A DNA stretch of 64,000 nt. Source: Candidatus Liptonbacteria bacterium (GTDB lineage: Bacteria; Patescibacteriota; Minisyncoccia; UBA6257; 2-01-FULL-56-20). The notes beneath the pieces were generated by a model. It was not told the origin of the DNA, did no database searches, and worked only from the letters and a program-made list of their open reading frames with translations. The DNA is taken from positions 404,741-468,740 of the forward strand of contig JAHFLL010000001.1 of the NCBI GenBank assembly GCA_023244895.1, given 5' to 3'. Positions 54,859-63,227 of this stretch are shown here, in pieces. Made by a program: the position numbers and the translations under genes. How positions within the stretch are numbered: the stretch's first letter is position 1; every line of letters starts with the position of its first letter.

Positions 54859-56679
54859 ATGTTTAAAAAAATAATCGGCGTGCTTGCGGGCGGAGTAGTC
54901 GTGGCAGTCTTGGCAATTCCCTCTCTCTCGCGGGGAGATATAAATAAATCGGTCGCATATCTGGAGTCAAAATCTCTTAGCGCCTGGAGTGTTATGGCCT
55001 TAGTCTCGGCGGGCAAGAACCCAAGCACGGATTCCTTGAAGAGCATAAGCGCAACCCAAGCCATAGACTTGGAGGCACCGATACTCGCTCTCACCGCGGC
55101 AGGCAAAGATCCACGCAGCTTCTCCACCGAGAATCTGGTTACTAAATTAAAAAATTATTACGACGGGACCCAATTAGGCAGTGCATCTATTCTAAACGAC
55201 GACATATTTGGACTTCTGGCCCTCAAAAGCTCCGGCGAGAGCGATTCGGATACTACCGTTTCCGGAACCAAGGCCCTTATACTTTCCAAACAGAATTCGG
55301 ATGGCGGATGGAGCTACGCGATTGGCGGAGCGAGCGATACGAATACGACCGCGGCGGGCATTATGGCGCTTATTTCCGCCGGGCAGAACAAAGAGAGCGC
55401 TCCAATTACAAATGGTCTTAATTATCTTAAATCCGCCCAAAATATAGATGGTGGCTTCCCTTATGACCCTAAAAGCGCTTGGGGCACGGATTCGGATGCC
55501 TCTTCGGATGCCTGGGTCATAATGGCTTTACGTTCGGTGGGCATAGATCCCGCAACCATAACCAAGGACGGTAAGTCCGCCCTTACGCATCTCGCGACCC
55601 TTTCCACAGAAGAAGGATATTATCGCTATCAAGCCGGCAGTTCGGAAGATTCTTTTAGTCCAACCACTACTTCTTACGCGGTTATCGCTCTCTCCGGCAA
55701 ATATCTCCCAGTCGGAACAATCGCTCCCCCGCCCGCAAGCAAAGCTGGATTCAGCTATCGCATTGAAGGCGCAAGTGGCCAGCTTTGCGCCGGAGAGGCA
55801 GATGGATTAACCGCGCTTGACGCGGTCGTTATCGCGAGCGAGGCCTGCAACATTACCTACCATATGACTCAGATGAGCTTCGGGGATTACGTGGATGCCA
55901 TCGGCGGAGAAACCGCTTTCGGCACAAATGGCTGGATGTATCTGGTAGACAATCAAAAGCCAAGCGTGGGCGCGGGAGATTACAAGCTATCCGCGAACGA
56001 TGAGGTGCTCTGGTACTACGGAGACTATGCCTGGCAACCGCTTCGCCTATCGCTTAATTCCACCAGCACCACCGGCTCAACCCTAACCGGCAAGTTGGAA
56101 TACTTTGATGGCACAAATTGGAAATACTCCGAGGGTGCGACCATAAAAGCGAATGATAAGACTGCTACGACCGGAATAGATGGAACATTTTCTCTAACTC
56201 TATCTAATGGAGCTTACAAAGTGTTTGGCGAGAAGAATGGCTTTATCCACAGCAATCGTTCCAATTTTAACGTCGGCACCGCCAGCCAGAGCTCTTTGGA
56301 TCTAACTGTAGATCTGGGTTCTGGAGGTAATAGCAGTTCCAACCCCGACCCGACTCAGGAAATATCTTTTTCCGTCCAGACCGAAAATTCTCTTAAAAAA
56401 TTTAATTTCGGTAAGAAAAGTAACGGAGCCCTTCCTGTCCAGAAAGCGACTCTGACCAATTTAAGCGCGAGCCCAACTCACTTTGAGAGCAGTGTCTCGG
56501 GCGATGAGGTCTTCCGAAATTATTTGAATCTAGACGGCAAAACGTGGCGGATGTTCGGAGTAAATCTCGCGCCGGGCGGGGCCAAACAAACCGAGATATC
56601 TCTCAAGCTTCCTTCCGGGCATACCGGTACGGGCGTACGCAATGGGTCGCTAATATTCTGGGCCACACCCGCTCTCTAA
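54859..56679 (+). CDS. Secreted prenyltransferase/squalene-oxidase-repeat + DUF4430 (transcobalamin-like) protein
   Basis: Signal peptide; QN.DGG repeats; YV.AIGG....NGWMYLV......VGA..Y.L...DEVLWYY; under a B12 riboswitch. Confidence 0.85.
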   Translation: MFKKIIGVLAGGVVVAVLAIPSLSRGDINKSVAYLESKSLSAWSVMALVSAGKNPSTDSLKSISATQAIDLEAPILALTAAGKDPRSFSTENLVTKLKNYYDGTQLGSASILNDDIFGLLALKSSGESDSDTTVSGTKALILSKQNSDGGWSYAIGGASDTNTTAAGIMALISAGQNKESAPITNGLNYLKSAQNIDGGFPYDPKSAWGTDSDASSDAWVIMALRSVGIDPATITKDGKSALTHLATLSTEEGYYRYQAGSSEDSFSPTTTSYAVIALSGKYLPVGTIAPPPASKAGFSYRIEGASGQLCAGEADGLTALDAVVIASEACNITYHMTQMSFGDYVDAIGGETAFGTNGWMYLVDNQKPSVGAGDYKLSANDEVLWYYGDYAWQPLRLSLNSTSTTGSTLTGKLEYFDGTNWKYSEGATIKANDKTATTGIDGTFSLTLSNGAYKVFGEKNGFIHSNRSNFNVGTASQSSLDLTVDLGSGGNSSSNPDPTQEISFSVQTENSLKKFNFGKKSNGALPVQKATLTNLSASPTHFESSVSGDEVFRNYLNLDGKTWRMFGVNLAPGGAKQTEISLKLPSGHTGTGVRNGSLIFWATPAL

Positions 56680-56680
56680 G

Positions 56681-57208
56681 ATGAAAAAAATAATTATTTT
56701 GACGGCGGCGTCGTTCTTGGTCATACTCGGCTTCCAAACTTCAAGAGCGAATGCAATAGGTATATCAGTCCGTCCGTCCGAGCTCCGCATCCAGGCCCAA
56801 ACCGGAGAGACGGCAAGCGCGCGGATAAAAGTAAAAAATCCCTCCGAGGAGGTGGCGCTTTTTGAGGTTTATCCGGAGGAATTTGAAAATAAGATAAGCG
56901 CCTCCCCTGCCAAGTTCACTTTGGAAAGCGGAGAGGAAAAAGATGTGGTTATAAAATTCAAACCCAGTGAGGATGGAATTTTTAGTACATCTCTTGCGGT
57001 GGTGGCTCGTCCACTAGACAATCCGGGGGGTATCGGGAGCGGGGCCAAAATAGCGTTCCAGGCCGAAAACAAGCCTCGCTCAATTGGCTTGGCGCTCATA
57101 TCGGATATTTTTTCCGGCCGAAGGGCGGCTGTCGCAATCATAATATTGGCCGCCCTGGCCACTCTAATGCTAATACTTAGAAAAAGAATTGCTCAAAAAC
57201 AAAACTAG
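56681..57208 (+). CDS. Secreted Ig-like beta-sandwich protein with C-terminal TM anchor
   Basis: Signal peptide, ISVRPS...V.NP, C-terminal TM plus basic tail; 1-nt gap from upstream gene. Confidence 0.75.
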   Translation: MKKIIILTAASFLVILGFQTSRANAIGISVRPSELRIQAQTGETASARIKVKNPSEEVALFEVYPEEFENKISASPAKFTLESGEEKDVVIKFKPSEDGIFSTSLAVVARPLDNPGGIGSGAKIAFQAENKPRSIGLALISDIFSGRRAAVAIIILAALATLMLILRKRIAQKQN

Positions 57209-57600
57209 ACCTTGCGACGGTGCTCCTTTTTGATGCGCCAGTATTCCGAATCCCCGCCTGCCCCAGGTTCCTTGCCTCGGCTTTTCTTCATTAGTTTGGC
57301 GGGATATTTTTGGGCAATATGCGCCAATTTTTCGCGGATTATTTTTTCGGTGTCTAATCCCAAAAGAACGGATAAGTCCAACGCATAAATCAAAACATCC
57401 GCCAGCTCCTTTTTGATATGCTCCAATTTCTCCTTATCTTTCTTTATTTCTTCCAACGGCAAATTTTCCCACTGAAAAAGCTCTAGAAGCTCCGCGCCCT
57501 CTATCATAACCGACTTGGCCAGATCCGCCGGACGCAATTTATGCCAACCACGCTCTTTAAGATATTTATATATGTCTTTTTCCAGCTCCCTCATAATCAA
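57205..57600 (-). CDS. MazG-like nucleotide pyrophosphohydrolase (dCTPase type)
   Basis: ERGW...P.DLAKS..IE.AELLELFQW, ELADVLIY, KYP. Confidence 0.9.
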   Translation of the reverse strand: MIMRELEKDIYKYLKERGWHKLRPADLAKSVMIEGAELLELFQWENLPLEEIKKDKEKLEHIKKELADVLIYALDLSVLLGLDTEKIIREKLAHIAQKYPAKLMKKSRGKEPGAGGDSEYWRIKKEHRRKV

Positions 57601-57809
57601 TCTCCGATGTATTTGAATCTGGGACCTTTGTAGCCGTCCCGCTCTATTTCTTCTGTAAACATGATGGCCGGTCTAACCCACAACTGCTCCTCTCCGCAGA
57701 CGTGGTATATAACCATCTCTTCCATGGTCTCGCTATGTTTTGCGAAACCGACAACCTCGTAGTCTTTGCCCTTAAAGTGCCTATATTTGCCCAACTTAAT
57801 TTCACTCAT
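57597..57809 (-). CDS. DUF1653 protein
   Basis: GKYRHFKG..YEV....HSET.E..VIY...WVRP..MF. Confidence 0.9.
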   Translation of the reverse strand: MSEIKLGKYRHFKGKDYEVVGFAKHSETMEEMVIYHVCGEEQLWVRPAIMFTEEIERDGYKGPRFKYIGD

Positions 57810-58171
57810 CTCACTATTATATGTTTAAAATACTTTTCCTGAAAATGAACTTTCTCCTCTATCTCCACATCAGTTAAAGTTTTCCCCTTAGACACAACCA
57901 CTAGCTTGTCGTCGTCATCTTCCAGGCGATGGATTATTGCGATAACCACACCGCTCACCTTATCCAGAGGTTCGCTTGAGCTAAGATGGTATGCGTCCAG
58001 CTCCTTCCCATCCGGAGCTATAATCCCGGGAATGTAGCCTGCATTAATTTCGTATATCTCATCCGGATATTTGGGATGCCGGCTGCCCAATGGCCGGTCA
58101 ATCACCATCTCCACCTCTTTACCAAGAAATGGCTCTGCTAGCCTAAACGAAATTGATTTATCCTTGTCCAT
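57806..58171 (-). CDS. Short inorganic pyrophosphatase-like protein
   Basis: IDRPLGS.HP...Y.IN.GYI.G..APDG.ELDAY, DDDKLVV. Confidence 0.85.
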   Translation of the reverse strand: MDKDKSISFRLAEPFLGKEVEMVIDRPLGSRHPKYPDEIYEINAGYIPGIIAPDGKELDAYHLSSSEPLDKVSGVVIAIIHRLEDDDDKLVVVSKGKTLTDVEIEEKVHFQEKYFKHIIVR

Positions 58172-58697
58172 GCTCTTTTTTATACAACATTGTGTCGTAT
58201 CCTTCAAAAACTCTATCTTCCGGTTTCACGCCGAGGCTGACTAGAAAATCCATCAGCTCGGCTTGCACTTTCTTGCCATCCTCCTCGCTCATTTTTTCTA
58301 CTTCAATGAAAGAACCCAAACCCTCCACCTCGTCCAGACAGATTTCTAACTCTTCCACTTTGCCCTTACGCCTGTTCTTGTTTACGAAAACAGTATGGGT
58401 AAATCCTAATAGTTCCAACATCTTACGAGCTCCTACCGAATCGCTCACCTCCACTTCTTGCTCAAAACAATCCAATTCTCCGCTGCGGTCTTTTTTGGCG
58501 GTTAGTAAATATCTACCACCACTACTACGTATGCGCATAACCGTGCTGTCGCCTAAATTGCTTGGGGTGGCCCCGGGGATATTAAATATCTCGTCTTCCT
58601 GGCGGACGGGGTCGGAAAGTTTACAACCCAAACTCCCCAGTTTTTCTATTATGGTTTTTGCATCCGATATTTTTGCCTTAACTTCTATTTCAAACAC
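58158..58697 (-). CDS. CYTH protein (CyaB-like)
   Basis: EIEVKAK, Q.D..F, RIR, K.R, LDEVEGLGSFIEVE, Y. Confidence 0.9.
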   Translation of the reverse strand: MFEIEVKAKISDAKTIIEKLGSLGCKLSDPVRQEDEIFNIPGATPSNLGDSTVMRIRSSGGRYLLTAKKDRSGELDCFEQEVEVSDSVGARKMLELLGFTHTVFVNKNRRKGKVEELEICLDEVEGLGSFIEVEKMSEEDGKKVQAELMDFLVSLGVKPEDRVFEGYDTMLYKKEHGQG

Positions 58698-58780
58698 TTA
58701 GCGCTTTTTTATCTTAGCGACAGATACGCGTAAAATACGCCACGCCTCCTTCGCGGCAAAGAGACCAACTTCGTACAAGT

Positions 58781-61336
58781 TTATGAACCGTGACATTTCT
58801 TATATTTCTTCCCGCTTCCACAGGGGCAGGGGTCGTTGCGACCAGCCTCCTTACCATCCGCGCCGCGCATACCCTTGTTGGATATGTGGATTACCTGAGT
58901 TTCCTTGCTGGTATTACTTTCGCTTTTCTCGGGCTTAAATATATTACCCAATACCCAGGAATTGAAGTTATCCCAAAAAGTGGCATATAGACGATGCGCC
59001 TCCTGGCGATATTCTACCAGAGGGTCTTTCTGGCCATAGGCGCGCAAACCGACCGACTCGCTTAACGCCTCCAAATCTTCCAGATTATTCATCCAAAGCA
59101 TATCTAAAATGCTCAAAAGCTTGGCATAAGCATTCGGCTGCAAAGCCACCTCCACGCTTCGTTTAGTAATAATCTCGCGCAGCTTCGTCAAATCCATACC
59201 AGGCCAGGGATGATCCTTATCCACAATGCCCGATTCCTCACAGGCCTGCTTGAGCGAAGCCTCTCCTTCCGGCTCCTGCTCCATCCCTATAAATGTTTTT
59301 TCCATCCCGGCGGCAGCAGCATCAAAGATCAACTGGGGCAGAATAGCCTTGCCCTGGCTCTCTAATATCTCCTGGCGCCTCTTATAGACCGCGGAGCGTT
59401 GCTTGTTTAAAACGTCATCGTATTCCAATAGATGTTTGCGCATATCAAAGTTCGCGCCCTCCACCTTACTTTGGGCTTGCGCAACTGCTTTAGAAATAAA
59501 TCCGACCTGAATCGGCTCATCTTCCGGTAAATCAAAACGCTCAATCATGCTCCTGATACGGTCGCCTCCGAAGATTCGCAAGAGATCGTCGTCCAAAGCC
59601 AAATAGAATTGAGAAGAACCACGGTCGCCCTGCCGGCCTGCGCGCCCGCGCAGCTGATTATCTATGCGCCTGGCTTCATGACGCTCCGTACCTATTACAT
59701 GTAGACCTCCCAGCTCTTTTACCTTCTCTGCCTCCTCTTTGGTGGGCGGATTGCCACCCAGGATTATGTCCACACCACGGCCAGCCATGTTGGTCGCAAC
59801 TGTTACCCCCTTCAACCTGCCTGCCTGCGCGATAATGGAGCCTTCTCGTTCGTTATTCTTGGCGTTTAAAACTTCATGCGGGATACCGTCCTGGCTTAAA
59901 AGCGCGGAAAGGTGCTCGTTCTTTTCAATAGAAGTAGTTCCCAAAAGCACCGGCTGGCCTTTTTCATAACAGGTTCGCACATCCCGTACCACTGCCCGCC
60001 ATTTTGCCTCTTGGTCTTTGTAAATTACATCCGACCGGTCTTCTCTCGCCAAAGGCCGATTAGATGGAATAGAGAAAACGTCCAGATTGTATACCTTGTA
60101 GAATTCTTCCGCGGAAGTTTGCGCCGTGCCGGTCATGCCGGAAATGTGTTTATACATACGGAAGTAGTTCTGAATAGAAATCTTGGCATAAGTCTTGGAT
60201 TCTTCTTTTACCAACACGCCTTCCTTGGCCTCAATAGCCTGATGCAAGCCGCCGTTATAACGCCGACCCTGAAGCATGCGCCCGGTAAACTCATCTACAA
60301 TTATTATCTGTCCATCTTTCACCACGTAATCCTTGTCTTTGCGATAAAGCGCGTGCGCGCGTAAGCTCTCTTCCAAGTAATGCACTAGGCGTAAACTTTC
60401 AGGCGCGTAAAGGTTCGGGACGCCCAAGGCTTTTTCCATTTTCTCTATGCCCGCCGATATGATGCTGACCGAACGCTTCTTCTCGTCCACGGTGTAGTCG
60501 TTGTCCACCTCCAGATTCTTTACCAAGCGAGCGAAAACTTTATAGTACTCGCTGGACTGTGCATCCGGCGCGGAAATAATAAGCGGAGTGCGGGCCTCAT
60601 CTATCAAAATACTATCCACCTCGTCTATCACCGCGAAAAAGGGCTTGCGCTGAGCCTGTTCTAGGGGATTATAGGTCAGGTTGTCGCGCAGATAGTCAAA
60701 ACCGAACTCATGATTGGTACCGTAAGTTATGTCCGCGAGATATGCCTCCCGGCGAGTAATTGGCCTTAGGAAATCCTGTTGGATTAAAAAACTGCCGGTT
60801 GTGTCTTCTTTTTCGTCCAAAGCCTTAACCTGAGCCGCCGGAACCTTCCATTCCGGATCATATAGATATGCCGCGTTCGGCACCAAGCAACTTACCGAGA
60901 GACCCAGCGCGCGATAAATCTGCCCCATCCAAACCGCGTCGCGACGGGCGAGGTATTCGTTTACGGTTACCACGTGTGAACCCCTACCCTCCAGGGCGCG
61001 CGCGTAAACCGGAGCAACCGCGGCCAACGTCTTTCCTTCTCCCGTCATCATCTCCGCCACTCCCCCGCGATAAAGAACTACGCCACCCATCAACTGCACA
61101 TCATATGGCCGTTGATGCAGGGTACGTCGAGCCGCTTCCCGCGCGAGCGCAAAAGCATATTTAAAATCCGGCTCTGCGTCTTTGCTGAAAGATTCTTTTA
61201 GCTCCAAGCTTTTTTCTTTAAGTTCCGCGTCGCTCAACTTTTCCACCTCCGGTTCTAATTTATTTATCTCGGAAACCAAATTACGCAGTTCATCCAACTG
61301 CTTCCCACCGAAAAAGTTTTTAAGCGCGCCGAACAT
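58781..61336 (-). CDS. secA: Preprotein translocase ATPase SecA
   Basis: MMTGEGKT, DEVDSILIDEARTPLIIS, ATNMAGRG, QLRGRAGRQGD, GRNDPCPCGSGKKYKKC. Confidence 0.98.
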   Translation of the reverse strand: MFGALKNFFGGKQLDELRNLVSEINKLEPEVEKLSDAELKEKSLELKESFSKDAEPDFKYAFALAREAARRTLHQRPYDVQLMGGVVLYRGGVAEMMTGEGKTLAAVAPVYARALEGRGSHVVTVNEYLARRDAVWMGQIYRALGLSVSCLVPNAAYLYDPEWKVPAAQVKALDEKEDTTGSFLIQQDFLRPITRREAYLADITYGTNHEFGFDYLRDNLTYNPLEQAQRKPFFAVIDEVDSILIDEARTPLIISAPDAQSSEYYKVFARLVKNLEVDNDYTVDEKKRSVSIISAGIEKMEKALGVPNLYAPESLRLVHYLEESLRAHALYRKDKDYVVKDGQIIIVDEFTGRMLQGRRYNGGLHQAIEAKEGVLVKEESKTYAKISIQNYFRMYKHISGMTGTAQTSAEEFYKVYNLDVFSIPSNRPLAREDRSDVIYKDQEAKWRAVVRDVRTCYEKGQPVLLGTTSIEKNEHLSALLSQDGIPHEVLNAKNNEREGSIIAQAGRLKGVTVATNMAGRGVDIILGGNPPTKEEAEKVKELGGLHVIGTERHEARRIDNQLRGRAGRQGDRGSSQFYLALDDDLLRIFGGDRIRSMIERFDLPEDEPIQVGFISKAVAQAQSKVEGANFDMRKHLLEYDDVLNKQRSAVYKRRQEILESQGKAILPQLIFDAAAAGMEKTFIGMEQEPEGEASLKQACEESGIVDKDHPWPGMDLTKLREIITKRSVEVALQPNAYAKLLSILDMLWMNNLEDLEALSESVGLRAYGQKDPLVEYRQEAHRLYATFWDNFNSWVLGNIFKPEKSESNTSKETQVIHISNKGMRGADGKEAGRNDPCPCGSGKKYKKCHGS

Positions 61337-61363
61337 AGCGTGGTAGTATTTTATGCCTATTGA

Positions 61364-61720
61364 TTATTTTCCTGATTTTTGCCTGGCGCTTACCTTGCGC
61401 ACTCGGTCAACTTTCTGAGTTTTATATTTCTCAATTTCCAGACGCAACTTAGACTGCACCTCATCCACTGCCGCTCGGACATCATCGGATTCTTGTTTGG
61501 CCCTCAAAACTTTGTTCGGTAAACGCAGAGTCGCCTCCGCCATAAAAACCTCTCCGCGATGGTGGTGGCGGGTGGTACGGGCTACCTCCAGCCAAAGCTC
61601 GGGTTGACCGGATGCGTCAAAACGCTTAAGCAAACGCTCGATAACCGCCATTTTGCGCCCTATGTAAACCTTCAAGGCCGGAGTCAAGACCAACTCTGTC
61701 GCTTTGATGTTCGTTTGCAT
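61364..61720 (-). CDS. hpf: Ribosome hibernation factor HPF/RaiA
   Basis: NIKAT..LTPAL..Y, HH..G.VF.AE, D..AA.D. Confidence 0.9.
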   Translation of the reverse strand: MQTNIKATELVLTPALKVYIGRKMAVIERLLKRFDASGQPELWLEVARTTRHHHRGEVFMAEATLRLPNKVLRAKQESDDVRAAVDEVQSKLRLEIEKYKTQKVDRVRKVSARQKSGK

Positions 61721-61803
61721 ATATCTATGGTATCAATTGAGTCGCCGCTTGTCTATTCTATATATTACAAGCTCCTTCTAGTATTTTTCGTGGCGTTCGC
61801 TAT

Positions 61804-61834
61804 AAAAAACTCACCCCCGCGTTGCGGGGGTGAG
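61804..61834 (-). terminator. Intrinsic terminator
   Basis: ctcacccccgc-aac-gcgggggtgag-tttttt on minus strand. Confidence 0.85.
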
Positions 61835-61841
61835 TGAAGGG

Positions 61842-61898
61842 CTAGATTCTCTTCTTCTTCGCTACCTTCTTTGTTGCCTTCTTCTTCTTAGCTGGCAT
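61842..61898 (-). CDS. 18-aa Lys-rich peptide MPAKKKKATKKVAKKKRI (not in ORF track)
   Basis: Manual translation; own TGCTATAAT promoter (~61992-62000) and a strong terminator 7 nt after the stop. Confidence 0.65.
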   Translation of the reverse strand: MPAKKKKATKKVAKKKRI

Positions 61899-62045
61899 GG
61901 CAATTATTTACTTTTATTTGGTTGGGTTGCCGACTGCCCCAACTTTTTTTTGAAAAGACCATGAGAAAGTTTCCCCTCTCACGACGCATTTATTATAGCA
62001 AATTGATTTTGCTATTTTTCGCAAACCTGTGGATAACTCCGCTCC

Positions 62046-62172
62046 GGGGTTTATTTCGTGGCAACCATTATAGTTTTTCCAGACCAGAAAAACTTAATTG
62101 CATCTCGGCAAAAACAATACAAGTTAACCAAGGTGGTTTTTGCCTGCGATAGCTTGCCACGAAACAAACTCC
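62046..62172. other. Structured intergenic element with ~19-bp terminal inverted repeat and two internal hairpins
   Basis: GGGGTTTATTTCGTGGCAA / TTGCCACGAAACAAACTCC; internal agtttttc/gaaaaact and ggcaaaaac/gtttttgcc. Confidence 0.55.
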
Positions 62173-62316
62173 TACGCTCGACTGGATAGATCCGAGAGCT
62201 TCTCGCGAAAAAATCTTACGCTTTATGAAAAGAAATAAATAACCTTAACAGCTTCCATAAAAACACGAACTTACGCTTAACTAAAACATTAGAAGGTTTC
62301 TTTAAGAACTAAACAT

Positions 62317-63225
62317 CTATGGCTCCAGGGATAATTCTTTTTCCGGATTTTTGGAGGTGAGCAGTATTAAGCCGAAGAAGAGCGGCACAAAAGAAGACAG
62401 CTGCCAAACGGTCGGGATGTTGCCCAAGAGAAAGTAGGCAAAAACCAAAGTAAAGAGCGGGCTCACGCTGCTTAGCGCTATTGCCTTAGTTATAGAAAGG
62501 CGGTGTATACCCTCTATCCAGAATATCTTGCTTAGCCCCAACAGAACTACTCCGTTTAATAAAAGCGTCGGCAAGGAATTTTTTATGTCTGTCCACGCGA
62601 GAACTTCTCCGAACAGATTCGCAGTCAGAAATATGGCCGGAACAGAGACTATGCACCTCAAAAGCAGGATTGTTTCGGTGCTAACTTTTTTCCTTGCTCT
62701 TTTTTGAAAATAATTTCCGGCCGGTCCAGTAGCGGCTGCGGCCAATATCAGCAAATCTCCCGCGTACCATCCGCTGGATTTCGGTAAAAGGATTATCACC
62801 GCACCCAACAGCATCAACAGCGAACCCCAGAGGTATTTGACCGAGAAATATTCTTTCTGCCAAACCTGAAAATATAAGTAGCTGAAAAATATTTCCATCA
62901 AAGCTACTAAGCTAACATTACCGCTGGTGCTATATTTCAATCCGATAAAATAAAGTATGTAGTACAGCGCGCCATTAATCAGGGCTACCAAGAAGATATC
63001 TTTTAAGGCTTCCCCATCCTTCAATTCCGGCCATCTTTTATTCCAAATAAACAGAAAAAGGAAAACCAGGGAAGAAAAAAGCGTAGCAAAGCCTAAAGAC
63101 ACCAGAGGGGGCAGGGAAAGATAGGTCATTGCGGTTATGACCGGGAATAATCCCCACAGCCAGCCCTCCGACAGAATAATTATCTCCCCTTTCCTCTCGG
63201 TAGACAGAGAGTTGAAGCTTTTCAT
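62317..63225 (-). CDS. DMT/EamA transporter (two domains)
   Basis: ~10 TM helices; LWGLFP, GDLLIL, SPLFT. Confidence 0.88.
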   Translation of the reverse strand: MKSFNSLSTERKGEIIILSEGWLWGLFPVITAMTYLSLPPLVSLGFATLFSSLVFLFLFIWNKRWPELKDGEALKDIFLVALINGALYYILYFIGLKYSTSGNVSLVALMEIFFSYLYFQVWQKEYFSVKYLWGSLLMLLGAVIILLPKSSGWYAGDLLILAAAATGPAGNYFQKRARKKVSTETILLLRCIVSVPAIFLTANLFGEVLAWTDIKNSLPTLLLNGVVLLGLSKIFWIEGIHRLSITKAIALSSVSPLFTLVFAYFLLGNIPTVWQLSSFVPLFFGLILLTSKNPEKELSLEP

Positions 63226-63227
63226 AT

